Assembly (NCBI GenBank): GCA_963775425.1
Contig: CAVZJB010000007.1
Location: 192,001 to 256,000 of the forward strand
Direction: 5' to 3'
Length of the DNA stretch: 64,000 nucleotides
From: an uncultured delta proteobacterium
GTDB lineage: Bacteria; Myxococcota; UBA727; VGSZ01
Every line of letters begins with the position of its first letter. The stretch's first letter is position 1. The position numbers and the translations under genes were made by a program. The notes under the pieces are model-generated. The model was not told the DNA's origin, did no database searches, and was given only the letters and a program-made list of their open reading frames with translations. Positions 18,489 to 31,500 of the stretch are shown piece after piece.

Positions 18489-19414
18489 GCCCGCTCGTCG
18501 TCGCGCTCGTCGTCGCGGCCGCCGCTCCCGCCGCTCCCGCCGCTCCCGTCGCTGGGGCCGCCGGTGACGCCGCGGCCCCGGCGGCGCCGGATCCGGGCCA
18601 CGCGTTCAAGCGCATCGCCGTGATGAAGACCGACGTGGTCGGCGCCGTCGACGCCGCGCTCGCGCCGCAGATCACCTCCAAGCTCGCGGAGGAGGTGCGG
18701 GCGCAGACGCACGCGGAGGTCATCTCGTCCGACGAGATCATCGCGCTCCTCAAGCACGAGAAGGAGCGCGCCATCGTCGGTGAGTGCAAGGAGCAGGAGA
18801 GCTGCCTCGCGGAGCTCGCCAACGCGCTCGGCGCGGAGGTGGTCGTGTCGGCCAGGCTCACGTCCACGCCGGGCAAGGGGGGCGCCGGCGGGTACGCGCT
18901 CGCGGTGAGCGCCGTCGACGCCACCAGCGCGTCGGTGGTGGGGCGCGTGAACGAGTCCTGGGGCGGCGACGCGCTCGGGCTCCTCGCGCTCGTGCGGCCG
19001 GTGGTCACGCGCTTGTTCGCCACCACGTCCATCCCCAAGGGCTCCATCGAGGTCGTCGGCGCGCTGCCCGGCAGCAAGATCCTCGTCGACGATCAGGTGC
19101 GCGGGTCCGCGGAGCTGCCCACGGTGGCCGGCCTCCTCGTCGGCGGCCACCACGTGGTGGTGCAGCACGACGACATGAAGCCGGTGGACAAGTGGGTGAT
19201 CGTCGAGGACGGCAAGCTCGCGTCGCTGGCGGTGACGCAGGAGTCCGTGAGCGGCCCCTTCTACACGTCGTGGTGGTTCTGGACCGCCGCCGGCGCGGGC
19301 GTCGCCGTCGCCGGCGCCACCACCGCCGGCATCGTCCTCGCCCTCGGCGGTGGCGGCAAGACGGGCGTGAACGTCCAGCTCAACGCCGACAACACGCTCG
19401 GAGGCTCCCGATGA
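18485..19414 (+). CDS. Secreted PEGA-domain protein with CsgG/TolB_N-like N-domain and WWFW hydrophobic tail
   Basis: RIAVM..C..ESCLAELANALGAEVVVSARL; GSIEV..GSKILVDD..GGHHVVV; FYTSWWFWTAAGAG. Confidence 0.8.
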   Translation: MSPLVVALVVAAAAPAAPAAPVAGAAGDAAAPAAPDPGHAFKRIAVMKTDVVGAVDAALAPQITSKLAEEVRAQTHAEVISSDEIIALLKHEKERAIVGECKEQESCLAELANALGAEVVVSARLTSTPGKGGAGGYALAVSAVDATSASVVGRVNESWGGDALGLLALVRPVVTRLFATTSIPKGSIEVVGALPGSKILVDDQVRGSAELPTVAGLLVGGHHVVVQHDDMKPVDKWVIVEDGKLASLAVTQESVSGPFYTSWWFWTAAGAGVAVAGATTAGIVLALGGGGKTGVNVQLNADNTLGGSR

Positions 19415-21441
19415 CCCCGACGCCCCCGATGCCCCCGATGCCACCGATGCCCCCGATGCCACCGGGGCCCCCGATGCCCCCGGGGACGCCGCGGATCCCG
19501 CGCGCGGCGGCGGTCGCCCTGGGCGCGCGCGCGGCGGCCCTCGCCGGGCTCTTCGCGCTCGCGCTCTGCGGCTGCCTGCGGCCCGCGATCAGCGTGCGCG
19601 CCCCCGGCCGCATCGCGAGCGCGCTCTCGGTGGTCTCCGATCTCGAGGCGTCCGCCGTGCTCGTCCCCGCGAAGGGCGGCGCGCTGCCGGCGGTGGACCT
19701 CGCGCGGGGCAAGGACGGCGTCACCTTCTCCGGCTTCCTCGCCGCCGACCCCGGGCAGTACACGCTCGAGGTCACGTTCACCGGCGTCCCCGCCGGGGGC
19801 GCGCGGCACTTCCTCGGCCGGCTCACGTCCGACTCCTTCACCGTGACCCAGGGCGACGCCGCCACGCCGGCGTTCGGCTCGCCCGTGGACACGCTCGGGC
19901 GCGACGGCGACCACGGCGACGACGACGGCGACGGCCTCGGGTTCCTCGACGAGCTCCTGCTCGGCACCGACCTCGAGTCCGCCGACAGCGACGGCGACGG
20001 CGTGGACGACGGCGCCGACTGCCGCCCCACCGACGATCAGGACGCGTTCACCATCGTCGACGGCGGCACCTTCGAGGACTGCGACGGCGACGGCTTCCGC
20101 GCGGTGACCTCGCCGCTCGGCGAGCCCGGCCAGGACTGCGACGACGAAAACGGCGGCGTCCACCCCGGCGTCCACGACGACTGCACCAACTCCGTCGACG
20201 AGGACTGCAACCCGCAGACCTGCCCCATCGCCGACTTCGAGGGGCCCGCCGTGGAGGTGGTCTCGCCGGCCGACGGCGCCACCATCGGCTGCAACACGCC
20301 GTTCGTCGTGCACGCCACCGATCCGTCGGACGTCGCGTCCGCGTTCATCACGGCGCCCGACGCGCCGCTCGCCGGCGGAACGCAGCGCACGGTGGCGCTC
20401 CTCGCGGACGACGACGGCGTCACCTTTCGCGCCGAAAACGGCTTCGGCTTCAGCGGTGGCGGCATGAGCGACGGCGCGTTCGCCGTCGACGTCACCGCCG
20501 CCGACAACGCCGCCAACTCCAACACCGTGCACGCCTCGTACACGCTGGCGCTCGGCTTCCCGTCGGTGACCATGAGCGGGCCCGACACCATCACCGACGG
20601 CGCGCCGGTCGACGTCACCATCACGCCGACGGGTCCGCGGCCGCTGGCGTCGCTGGAGCTGCGGGCCGCGCCGTTCAACGCGTCCACCACGCTGCTCGAT
20701 CTCGACAACGAGATCACGCTCGGCGCGGTGGCGGCCACGGGCGGCACGCTGAGCGTCGACCCGGGCGATCTCCCCGGCGACTTCGTCGTCTACCCCGTCG
20801 CCGTCGACGACGTCGGCAACAAGGCGGCGCCGTCGGTGTCCGCGAGCTTCGTCGCCTCGTTCGGCACCGTGAACACCGGGTACCTGTGCGACGGCGTGAG
20901 CCACTCCGTGCCCGGCATCGCGCGGCGCCAGAACCTCGGCCCCGTCACGATGCGCGACCACCTCCAGGAGGCCATCGACGCCGCCCACGCCGTCGACCCC
21001 GCGGCGTTCCTCGTCATCATCATCGGCTTCGGCGCCGCCGCCGACGGCACCATCGACCTCGCGAGCACCGACTTCCTCCGTTGGACCTACGGCTTCGCCG
21101 TGCCGAGCCGTATCCAACAGCTCGGCGACAACGCCGACGGGATCTCGGTGAATTGGTACTCCGCCGGCTTCGGCGACATCCCGCAGGTCAACGAGCAAGA
21201 CGGCAGCGTCTTCGAGCAGGACGCCATCGTGAACGTCGACGGCATGATCGACTCCGACGTCGTCGCCGCGGCGTACCCGTGCGGCGGCGTCGGCTTGCAG
21301 GGCACGTCCGACGACTACATCCAGTACATCCGCATCACGAGCGACAACGCCGATCAGGTGGCCGTCACGCCCGTCAGCGGCGCCGACTGGGGCGTGCACG
21401 CCGACGACCTCAGCCAGGAGACCTTCGGATGCCTGCAGTGA
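19411..21441 (+). CDS. Surface lipoprotein with acidic Ca-binding DxDGDG motifs, MopE-like/putative metal-binding Cys motif and Ig-like domains
   Basis: Lipobox ALCGC; DDDGDGL..E..GTD..ADSDGDGVDDG; DCDGDGF..DCDD..HPG..C.NSVDEDC; D.A.N Ig motifs. Start uncertain because of a (PPM)n 9-bp repeat at ~19420-19480. Confidence 0.75.
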   Translation: MTPTPPMPPMPPMPPMPPGPPMPPGTPRIPRAAAVALGARAAALAGLFALALCGCLRPAISVRAPGRIASALSVVSDLEASAVLVPAKGGALPAVDLARGKDGVTFSGFLAADPGQYTLEVTFTGVPAGGARHFLGRLTSDSFTVTQGDAATPAFGSPVDTLGRDGDHGDDDGDGLGFLDELLLGTDLESADSDGDGVDDGADCRPTDDQDAFTIVDGGTFEDCDGDGFRAVTSPLGEPGQDCDDENGGVHPGVHDDCTNSVDEDCNPQTCPIADFEGPAVEVVSPADGATIGCNTPFVVHATDPSDVASAFITAPDAPLAGGTQRTVALLADDDGVTFRAENGFGFSGGGMSDGAFAVDVTAADNAANSNTVHASYTLALGFPSVTMSGPDTITDGAPVDVTITPTGPRPLASLELRAAPFNASTTLLDLDNEITLGAVAATGGTLSVDPGDLPGDFVVYPVAVDDVGNKAAPSVSASFVASFGTVNTGYLCDGVSHSVPGIARRQNLGPVTMRDHLQEAIDAAHAVDPAAFLVIIIGFGAAADGTIDLASTDFLRWTYGFAVPSRIQQLGDNADGISVNWYSAGFGDIPQVNEQDGSVFEQDAIVNVDGMIDSDVVAAAYPCGGVGLQGTSDDYIQYIRITSDNADQVAVTPVSGADWGVHADDLSQETFGCLQ

Positions 21442-22387
21442 GTCGCGCGGCGAGCGCGCGCCACTCCTCGGGACGCAGCGCGCACGCGTAGAGGGCGAGC
21501 GACGCGCCGGTGAAGGCGCCGATGTCCATGGTGGCCTCGATGCCGAGGTGCATGGCCAGACCGAACAGCAGGTACAGCTCGCGGAAGCGGACGCGGTCGA
21601 GGAGGCGCTTGAGGCGCGACGTCGACGACGCGCGCTCGCGCAGGAACACCGACAGCACGAAGAGCGGGCCGAGCGCCTCGAAGCACCACACCGCCGTCGT
21701 GGCCACCTGTGTGAGCGGGAAGGACCACGCGGGCAGGCCGCCGCCGAAGCGCGCCCACATGGGTTGGTGCAGGATGTTCCACAAGGCGTCGGCGCTGCCG
21801 CCGGGCACCCAGCCGGACGACGCCTTCATCATTGCGGTGCCGCCGTACAACAGCCCCATCTGGAGCACGAGCAACATGCGCGGCCAACGCGACGCCTCGA
21901 GAGGGGGACGCCCACGTCGCCGGCGCAGCCACGCGTCGACGGAGAGCGTGCGGCCGCAGCCCGACAAGAGCAGAAGGAAGAGCGTGTCGACGAGGAGGTT
22001 GTCGTACGCGGCGCGCGCGTCGTACGCGGTGCCGATGAGCGCGCGGAAGGTGAGCCACGCGACGAGCAGCATCGGCCTCGTCAAGAGGCCGGCGCAGGCG
22101 CACAACGACGCGAGCGCGCACACCGACGCGACCACCACCACGCTCGCCTCGGTGTTGCCACCGACGAGGTCGAAGAGCCAATCGCTGTGCTGCCCGATGC
22201 CGCCGTGTGCGGGGCTCGTCCAGGAAAACACGGCCGAGCCGTTCAAGAGCATGCGCAGCACGTGACCGCCGAGCGTGCCGGCGGCGACGACGCGGCAGAG
22301 CGCGAGCGAGAGCGCGTCCTCGCGCGCGCCCACGAAGGCGACGAGCCCGCCCCACGCCCGCGCGGGCCCTCTGGCCGCGGGGCTCAC
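21410..22387 (-). CDS. HTTM-domain integral membrane protein (vitamin-K-dependent carboxylase/SdpB-like)
   Basis: Multiple TM helices; GLLTR, LSVDA, WPRMLLVLQMGLLY..K..W..G and MHLGI..IGAF motifs; GTG overlaps the upstream stop. Confidence 0.82.
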   Translation of the reverse strand: MSPAARGPARAWGGLVAFVGAREDALSLALCRVVAAGTLGGHVLRMLLNGSAVFSWTSPAHGGIGQHSDWLFDLVGGNTEASVVVVASVCALASLCACAGLLTRPMLLVAWLTFRALIGTAYDARAAYDNLLVDTLFLLLLSGCGRTLSVDAWLRRRRGRPPLEASRWPRMLLVLQMGLLYGGTAMMKASSGWVPGGSADALWNILHQPMWARFGGGLPAWSFPLTQVATTAVWCFEALGPLFVLSVFLRERASSTSRLKRLLDRVRFRELYLLFGLAMHLGIEATMDIGAFTGASLALYACALRPEEWRALAARLTAGIRRSPG

Positions 22388-23061
22388 GGCGTCACCGGTG
22401 GCAGCGCGTCCCGGAGCACGGTGACCTCGCGGCCGTACGACGGCGGCGGCGCCGTCCAGCCCGGCGGGGCGTGTCCGGGCGGAGACGCGACGCGGGCGAA
22501 GCGGCACTGGACGACGGCGAGGGCGGGTCGCGCGGCGAAGGCGCGGCGGGCGACGGCGGTGCAGCCGCGCGTGTACGCGGTCCTGTCGAGGGGCCAGCCC
22601 CACTTGAAGACGGCGGAGCGGATGCGCGAGGCCTCGAGCACGGTCTTCATGAACCCGTGCGCGGGATCGCCGCGGCGGTAGAGGAGCTCCCAGTCGCAGG
22701 CGTCGTCCCTGACGGGGCAAGCGCGCGCGCGCACCTCGAAGGTGTCGCTGGTGGTGGTGCCGGCGACGAACATCGCCCACGACTGGTGTTGGCCGGTGAG
22801 CGCCAGGTACGGGCGAAACGGCGACGAGATCGCGCGCCGCGTGTGCAAGAGGAGCCGCGCGGCCTGGTAGAGCCGATCCTCGAACACCGGCAGCGGCATG
22901 CCGAGCCGCTCGGCCCACGCCTGCAGCTCGCGCTCCACCCGCGGCTCGGACCAGCGCCGGCGGTTCATGCCCATGCTGACGTCGGGGATGACGTCGGCGC
23001 AGCTCGCCGCGACGTGGAACACCACGAACACGGCGACGACGTGGGTCCAGATGCGGCGCAC
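22384..23061 (-). CDS. HTTM-partner protein (SdpA/DUF5819-like)
   Basis: N-terminal TM segment; PYL.LTG.HQSWAMF motif of the kind found in HTTM partner proteins; coupled to the HTTM gene. Confidence 0.65.
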   Translation of the reverse strand: MRRIWTHVVAVFVVFHVAASCADVIPDVSMGMNRRRWSEPRVERELQAWAERLGMPLPVFEDRLYQAARLLLHTRRAISSPFRPYLALTGQHQSWAMFVAGTTTSDTFEVRARACPVRDDACDWELLYRRGDPAHGFMKTVLEASRIRSAVFKWGWPLDRTAYTRGCTAVARRAFAARPALAVVQCRFARVASPPGHAPPGWTAPPPSYGREVTVLRDALPPVTP

Positions 23062-23140
23062 GCCTCGTCTGTACCGCATGGCGCGCGCCCGCGCGACGCG
23101 TTCGGAGCGACGGCGAAGCCGCCTCGAACGCAGGGGCGGA

Positions 23141-25037
<1,897 letters not shown>

Positions 25038-25064
25038 GTTGACCTCGTGACCTGCTGGTCCGGC

Positions 25065-25520
25065 TTAACGCACCACGTCGCCGCCGTCATTCCGCCCCGC
25101 CCCGCGCGCACGGCCGCGCAACGCCGCCACCGCCCGCGCGCCGTCCGTGCCGAGCGCCGTGGCCGCCCCGAACAGCACGCTGACCGCGCCGCCGATCTGC
25201 GTCACGGCCCACGACGACGACGACGACGGCAGGCCCGCTCGCGCGGCCGCCACCAGGGCCAGACCGCACAGCACGCTCGTGGCCGGGCCCGCCGCGAAGA
25301 ACGCCGCCGCCCGCGGATCAGCGGCCGGGGGGCGCGGCCGCGCTCGATCTTCCAGGTCGGCCTCGACGACGACGCCGAAGAACCCGCGCCGCCGCTCGAG
25401 CCGGACGCGCACCGCGCGCGCCCCCAGCGCCCGCGCCGCCAGCGCGTGCCCCGCCTCGTGCAGCGCGAGCGCCGCGGGCAGGCTGGCGACGACGACAAAG
25501 ACGACGGCGAAGACGCTCAC
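25065..25520 (-). CDS. Small M50 (site-2 protease)-like membrane metallopeptidase
   Basis: HEAGH in a TM segment, AAGP motif and a later TDG; only 151 aa. Confidence 0.6.
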   Translation of the reverse strand: MSVFAVVFVVVASLPAALALHEAGHALAARALGARAVRVRLERRRGFFGVVVEADLEDRARPRPPAADPRAAAFFAAGPATSVLCGLALVAAARAGLPSSSSSWAVTQIGGAVSVLFGAATALGTDGARAVAALRGRARGAGRNDGGDVVR

Positions 25521-25542
25521 GCCCCGATCTTGACCCGCCGCA

Positions 25543-28500
25543 TCACGGGCAGGTGACGTTGGTGGAGATGTCGTACGTGTTTTCGGCCTGGCCGAAGCCG
25601 AACACCTTCACCTGGAAGGTGCCGCCGGCCGTACCGATGGCCTTGTTGATGATCTCGTCGTTGGTGGTGCCCGTCGACGAAGCGATCGCCGTCGTCCCGG
25701 TGTCGTCGTCGTTGTTCTCGTTGAACAAGAGCATGTCGACGTCGCCCTCCGCGTGGACGAAGTGGATGTGCGCGTGCACCGTGCAGCCGCTCGCGTTCGC
25801 CGGCGCGGTGATCTGGTAACGGTCGGGGTCGTTCCGGCAGACGATGGCGTTGAGCCCGGCGCCGCTGTTCATCGGCGTCGCCGTCGCCTTCGAGTCGTTC
25901 TCTTCGTAGATGTCGTCCTGCGGACAACGCAAGCGCGTCGGCCCCGGGTTGACGAAGTCCTGCGGCAGGTCGGGCTCGACGCCGAAGTAATACTTGTCGA
26001 TGTCGTCCTTGAAGACCTGGGCGGTGGTCACGCCGTAGGCGAGGACGTCGCCGTCGATGCTCACGCCGTCGTCGGCGTCCGCCGACTTGCTCAACACACG
26101 CACGCTGAGATCGGCCAGGTCGCCGACGGCGACGCGCTGGGTCTGGGAGCGCGTGTCGATCCATGCGACGCGGTCGCCGGAGAGCGACAGGTGCTCCTGG
26201 ACGGACACACCGGACGGTTGGAAGAACCGGCGGGTGACGTTGTCCGACGTCGTCGCCAGCTTGTGATCCGCGCCCGCCTCGATCACCTCGACGTCGCTGC
26301 TCGCGAACGCCACGCGCTCCCCGTCGAGCGCCGCGCCGCCCGCCGAAGCGACGAGCTGGGTGACGGTGGCGCCGCTGGCGCAGGGATCGGCGCCGCTCAC
26401 CTCGCGCACGAACAGGCTCTCGGTGGTGCTGTTGCAGGCCACGTCGGGGCACGTCTGGAACAGCGCGCGGTTCTTGGACAACACGAGGTTCTGGTAGTTC
26501 GGCCCCGGCGACGCCCCGGCGACCTCGAGCTCCGGATCGTCGGCGGTGCCGAGCGTGCCGTCGGCGCCGACGCAACGAAGCACGGGCACCACGGTGGAGA
26601 GGCTCGGCTGCACGCCGGCCCACAGGACCGCGTTTTCGTCGACGTCGAACGACGGCCCGCCGTTCGCCGTCGAGCTGTTGTTGTTCATCTCGAGCAGGTG
26701 TGTGCCGGTGACCGTGCGCTCGACGTCGTCGGCGGTGCCGAAGATCTCGTCGACGGCGCGGTCGCGCACGAAGAGCGTCGTGGTGCCGCCGCCGAAGACG
26801 GCCCCTTGCGCATAGGCCCACCACCGGTCGAACGCCTCCACCTCGAAGCTGGCCGTCCGCGGCACGCGCATGGTCCGTGTGGCCAGGTCGTAGAAGCCGA
26901 TGCCGCCGAAGGCCACGCCGAAGCGGTCCGTGTCGAGGTTGTTGGTGTTCAAGCCCTCGCTCCGCGGCCACAGCGGGCGGTCGGAGCCGAGCTCGAGGAC
27001 CGAGACGTCGGGGGTCGGCGACAGCACCTCGGAGACGATGGTGTTTTGGTAGACCTCGCCGTAGTTGCCGAAGATCTGGCTGTCGAAGACCACGTTGTCC
27101 GCCTTCCGGGTGAGGCAGCCGTCCGGCCCGCCGGTGGCGACCTCGATGCGCGGAGGCGCGAAGCCGTCCGACGACAGCGCCACGTTGTCCCACAGCGAGA
27201 AGTAGCGCTCACCTCCCGGCGTGAGCGCGTCGGCCACCATCACCTGCACCGGCACGTCCGAGGCGACGAACTTGCCGTCAGGCTCCGTGGCGATCACCTG
27301 TACGCCCTTGTTCGGGCCCGCCCTGCCCGCGTACGCGACCACGTTGCGGCAGGCGGCGCGCCCCGTGGTGCCCGGCGTGAACAGCTCGATGCGCATGGCG
27401 TCGATGTCCACGGCCTGGGTGAGCGTGACCGGCGCGAGGTCGTCGCCGGTCCCGAAGCGGTGATCGGGCCCCGCGTTCACCACCACGAGCTCGAACGGCG
27501 TGGTGGAGGGACACGCGGAACGATTGGAGCTGTTGCACAGGAGGAACGCGAGGTTGTCGCCGCTCACCGCCGGGAACAGGCGGTGCTGGCCCGCCGCGCC
27601 GATCTTGGCGAACGTGTCGTCGAGGTCGCCGAACACGCCGTCGCCGCCGTCCTGGCGAACGATGACGTCGGTCTCGCTGCTGGACGTCGCCTGCTTCCAC
27701 GCGAGCGAGTCCCTCCAGAACGACGGCTGCGACTGCTCCTTGGTCTCGTCGACGACCGTGCCCGCGCCGTCGCTGGACACGACGACCGGGCCCGTGTTGT
27801 CACCGGTGCTCGCGAACAGACCGTCGGCCCCGGCGGTGCGCATCAGGATCGCCCGCGCGCCGCTGTTCCTCTCGTAGAAAAGCATGTTCGGGCCCATCGC
27901 GAGCGAGCGCGCCGGGGGCCCGTCGTCGAAGCTCTCGATGGCGGCGGTGTCGGGGGCGAAGTCACCGTCGTCGCTCGTTCCCCAAAGCGCGTCGCCGCCC
28001 GCCTCGGCCACGTGCACGAGGCTCGTGGTGTCGTCGATGTAGGCGATCTTGTCGCCGAACGCGACGATGCCCGACTCCCTGGCGGCGTTGTTGGTGACCC
28101 GCTGCGACGTGACGTCCCGGGTGAACACCGTCGTCTCCAGCGAGACGTTGCCGGCCTTGTCCACGCTCCTGAGCGTGAACGTGTTGGTCTCGCCGGGGAC
28201 CGCCGGGATGCGGAAGCCCGCGATGTTGTCTCCCGAATGAATCGCGATGGTGGTCTGGTCGACGACGTCGCCGGTGTCACTCGTGAACGGGATGGGGCAC
28301 AGGGCGGTGGGCGCGTCGCAAACGGGGACGAAGCCGACGAACGCGCCGACCGCTCCACGGATCTCGAAGTGATCGAAGTTCGGATCGATCTGCGCCGGCG
28401 CGATGTTCGTCTCGCTGCGCGCGAGCATGACGTCCACGTACGGCCCGCGCGATCCTGAGGCCGTCACCGGCGGGCCCGCCGTCACCACCGCCGGCAACGG

Positions 28501-31500
28501 CTCGAGCTGCACGGGCCGCGGGTTGTGGGAGTCCTCGACGACGACGATCTGCGCCGCGCCCGACACGTTCCCCGCCTTGTCACGGCCGCGCACCGCGAAC
28601 GTGGTGGACTGATCCTGCGCGAGGTTGAAGGTGAAGACGCCGTTCCCGGGGTTCGCCGAGAACGCGCCGACGATGCAACCGCTCCCCGTGCAGCTCGCGG
28701 TCTCGTAGGTCTCGAAATTCGCGTCGAACGCCGTGGGCGAGCTCGGATCCAGGGAGAAGGTGAACGTGTCGGCGTTGACGAAGTGCGTGGTGCCGCCGCC
28801 GAGGATGATGGGCGCCTGTGGCGGCGTGGTGTCCTTGGTGATGGTCACCGCCACCTCGGGGCTCAGGTTGTCGGCGAGGTCGACGCCGCGCACGCGCACG
28901 ATGTTGGCGCCGTCGCCCGCGGACAGGGGCACCGAGAACGACAAGCCGGCGAACGGGGTGAACGACGACACGGTGCCGCCGACGAACTCGTGGTGATCGA
29001 AGTTGGTGTCCGACGAGCCCGACGTCAAAGACACCGTGAACGCCGCCTGGTTGGTGAACGTGTTCTGGGTGGCGAGGATGGGCGTGGTGGGCGCCACGGT
29101 GTCGACGGAGATGCTGTTGTCCACCGTGGCGCTCTTGTTGCCGGCGGCGTCGCTCACCACGGCCGCCACCGTGTGCGCGCCCTGACCCGGGGGCAACACG
29201 CAGGTGCTGACGTTCGCGAACGAGACGAAGGGCTTGCCCGTCGGATCGCCGTCGCAGCCGATCTGCATGAGGCTCGGGTTGTCACCGATGCACTGCAGTT
29301 GCACGGTGACGACGGAGCTGTTGGTGAAGCCGTTGGGCGTGCCGCTCGCGCCGACGAGATCGATCTGCGAGCTCACCGAGCACGGCGCCACGGTGTCATT
29401 CAAGAACGTAGCCGTGGTGAAGGCGCTCTGGTTGCCCAGCGCGTCGATGGCGGCCACGCGGAAGATGTGCCGCACGGCGGCGCCGTCGACGAGGTCTCCC
29501 TTCACGTCGATGGTGGTGGCGCCCTGCGTGACGGCCACCAGCGGCGCGCCGAAGCCGAGCGAGTCGGTGGTGAGCTCGAAGCGGTAGGTGAGCGCGCCGG
29601 TGCCGCCCTCGTTCGTCCACTTGAGCGGGATGGTGGACGCGAGCGTCTGGGACACCGGGTCCTGGGGCGGCACGATGGTCGGCGGCGTCGGCGGCGCGCG
29701 GTCCACCTGGAAGTTGCTGGTGGCCGAGGTGGTGCTGTTGCCGGCACCGTCCACGGCGCGCACGCGCCAGTGGTACACGCCGTCGCCGAGCGAGAAGGGC
29801 ACGTCGAACGCGCTGCCGTCGGGGCGGGGCAACGAGAACAGCGGCGACGTGAACGCCACGTCGGTGCCGAGCGCCACGTCGACGAACTGCGTGACGCCGG
29901 TGCCCGTGTCGGTGCCGGGGGTGAACGACAGCGTGGGGAAGGGATCGTTGATGCACGGCTGCGCCACCGTGCACGGCGGCGGCGTGGTCACGAGCGCGCT
30001 CCCGCTGTGGATGGCGACGGTGAGGCCCGTGGGCGCGCTGGGCGCGGTGGCGTCCGGCGTCACGCGCGGCGCGTCCGTGAACGTGACGACGCTGGTGCGC
30101 CCCGACGCCTTGCGCGCCACCACGATCCACTCGAGCGGCACCTCGGGCAGCGCCGCCGACGGCGTGAAGCTCAGCCCCGTGACGCCGGCCTGCGACAGCA
30201 CGGTGCTCTGGTCGCTCACCTTGCGCACGATGAGCGTGTAGCTGACGGCGCCGTTGACGGCGGCCCAGGAAAACGCAGGCTTGCGCGTGCTCACCAGGGC
30301 ACCGCTCTGCGGCGCCAGCGGCTGCGCGAGCGGCGGATCGGTGGGATCGACGAACACGGTGTCGGTGGTGGACGTCAACAGGCCCGACTGCGCCTTGAAG
30401 CAGCCGGTCACCGAGCGCGTGCCCTCGCCGTCGGCGACGGTGACGTCCTGCACGGAATTCGTAGACACGGCCAGCGGCACGAAGGACGCCGCCGGCACCG
30501 ACGCGCAGTCGAGCGGCGCCTGGCCGAACGCGAGCGCCGCGATGGACGGATCGTCGCTGCGGAACGTGGTGGACAAGACGCCGTTGCCGGCGGTGGAGAA
30601 GTTGCCGACGGCGCGGGCGATGGCGACGGTGCCGGTGGGGCCGACGAGGTCGAGGCTGATGTCGGTGCAGGTGCTGGCGGTGCGGCCGGCGGCGTCGGTG
30701 ACCTCCACGCACACCGTCTTCAGCTCCTCGGTGGTGGGCGCCGCGAGCGTGGTGGTGCGCTGGGTGGTGAACGGCTCCTGGGCGCCGGTGAAGGTGGCGG
30801 TGGTGTTGGCGATGCGCATGGAGACCACGCCGCCGAGCGGCGACGTGAGGTCGTCCGACGCGCCGACGGTGAGGCTGACGGTGGCGTTGGTGGTGAAGGC
30901 GTCCCCGTTGTTGACCGCGAGGGTGACGCTGGGCGCGGCGGCGTCGAACACGATGGTGTCGCTGACGGGCGCGGGGTTGCCGCCGGCGTCGGTGCTCACG
31001 TTGCCCGCGCTGTCCTTCAGGCACACCTGCGCCGTGTACAGGCCGGCGCCCGCGCTGCCCGTGCCGGGGATGGTGAGCGTGACGTCGGGCGGGCTCGGCA
31101 GCGCGACGTAGCCGGTGGCGGACGCGCAATCGAGCGGCGTCACCGTGCCCGGCCCCGACAGCGACGACTTGATCAGCGCCGTGTCCGCCGGCGCCGACAC
31201 CGTGGCGGTGAGCGCGCGCGTGGTGGTGAAGGTGGCGCCGCCGTTGAGCGTGACCGAGCCGGTGGGGAATTCCTCGTCGAGGACGGTGGTGGCCGTGGCG
31301 AGCGCGGTGTTGTCCGCGGCGTCCCGCGTGCACACCGACACCGTGCGCGCCTCGGGCCCGCCGCTCGTCGACGCGAACGTCACCTGCGACGGGAACGCGC
31401 TGCCGCTCGTGAACGTGACGCCGCCGCAGTCGGCGGGGAAGCCGCTCGCGGCCGTGGTGACGGCGAAGGCGGCGACGTCGCTCAAGGTGTACGCGTAGCT

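Noticed and set aside
25038-25064. glmS ribozyme upstream of glmS
   Set aside because: Only 27 bp separate glmS from the upstream CDS, leaving no room, and no motif is present.
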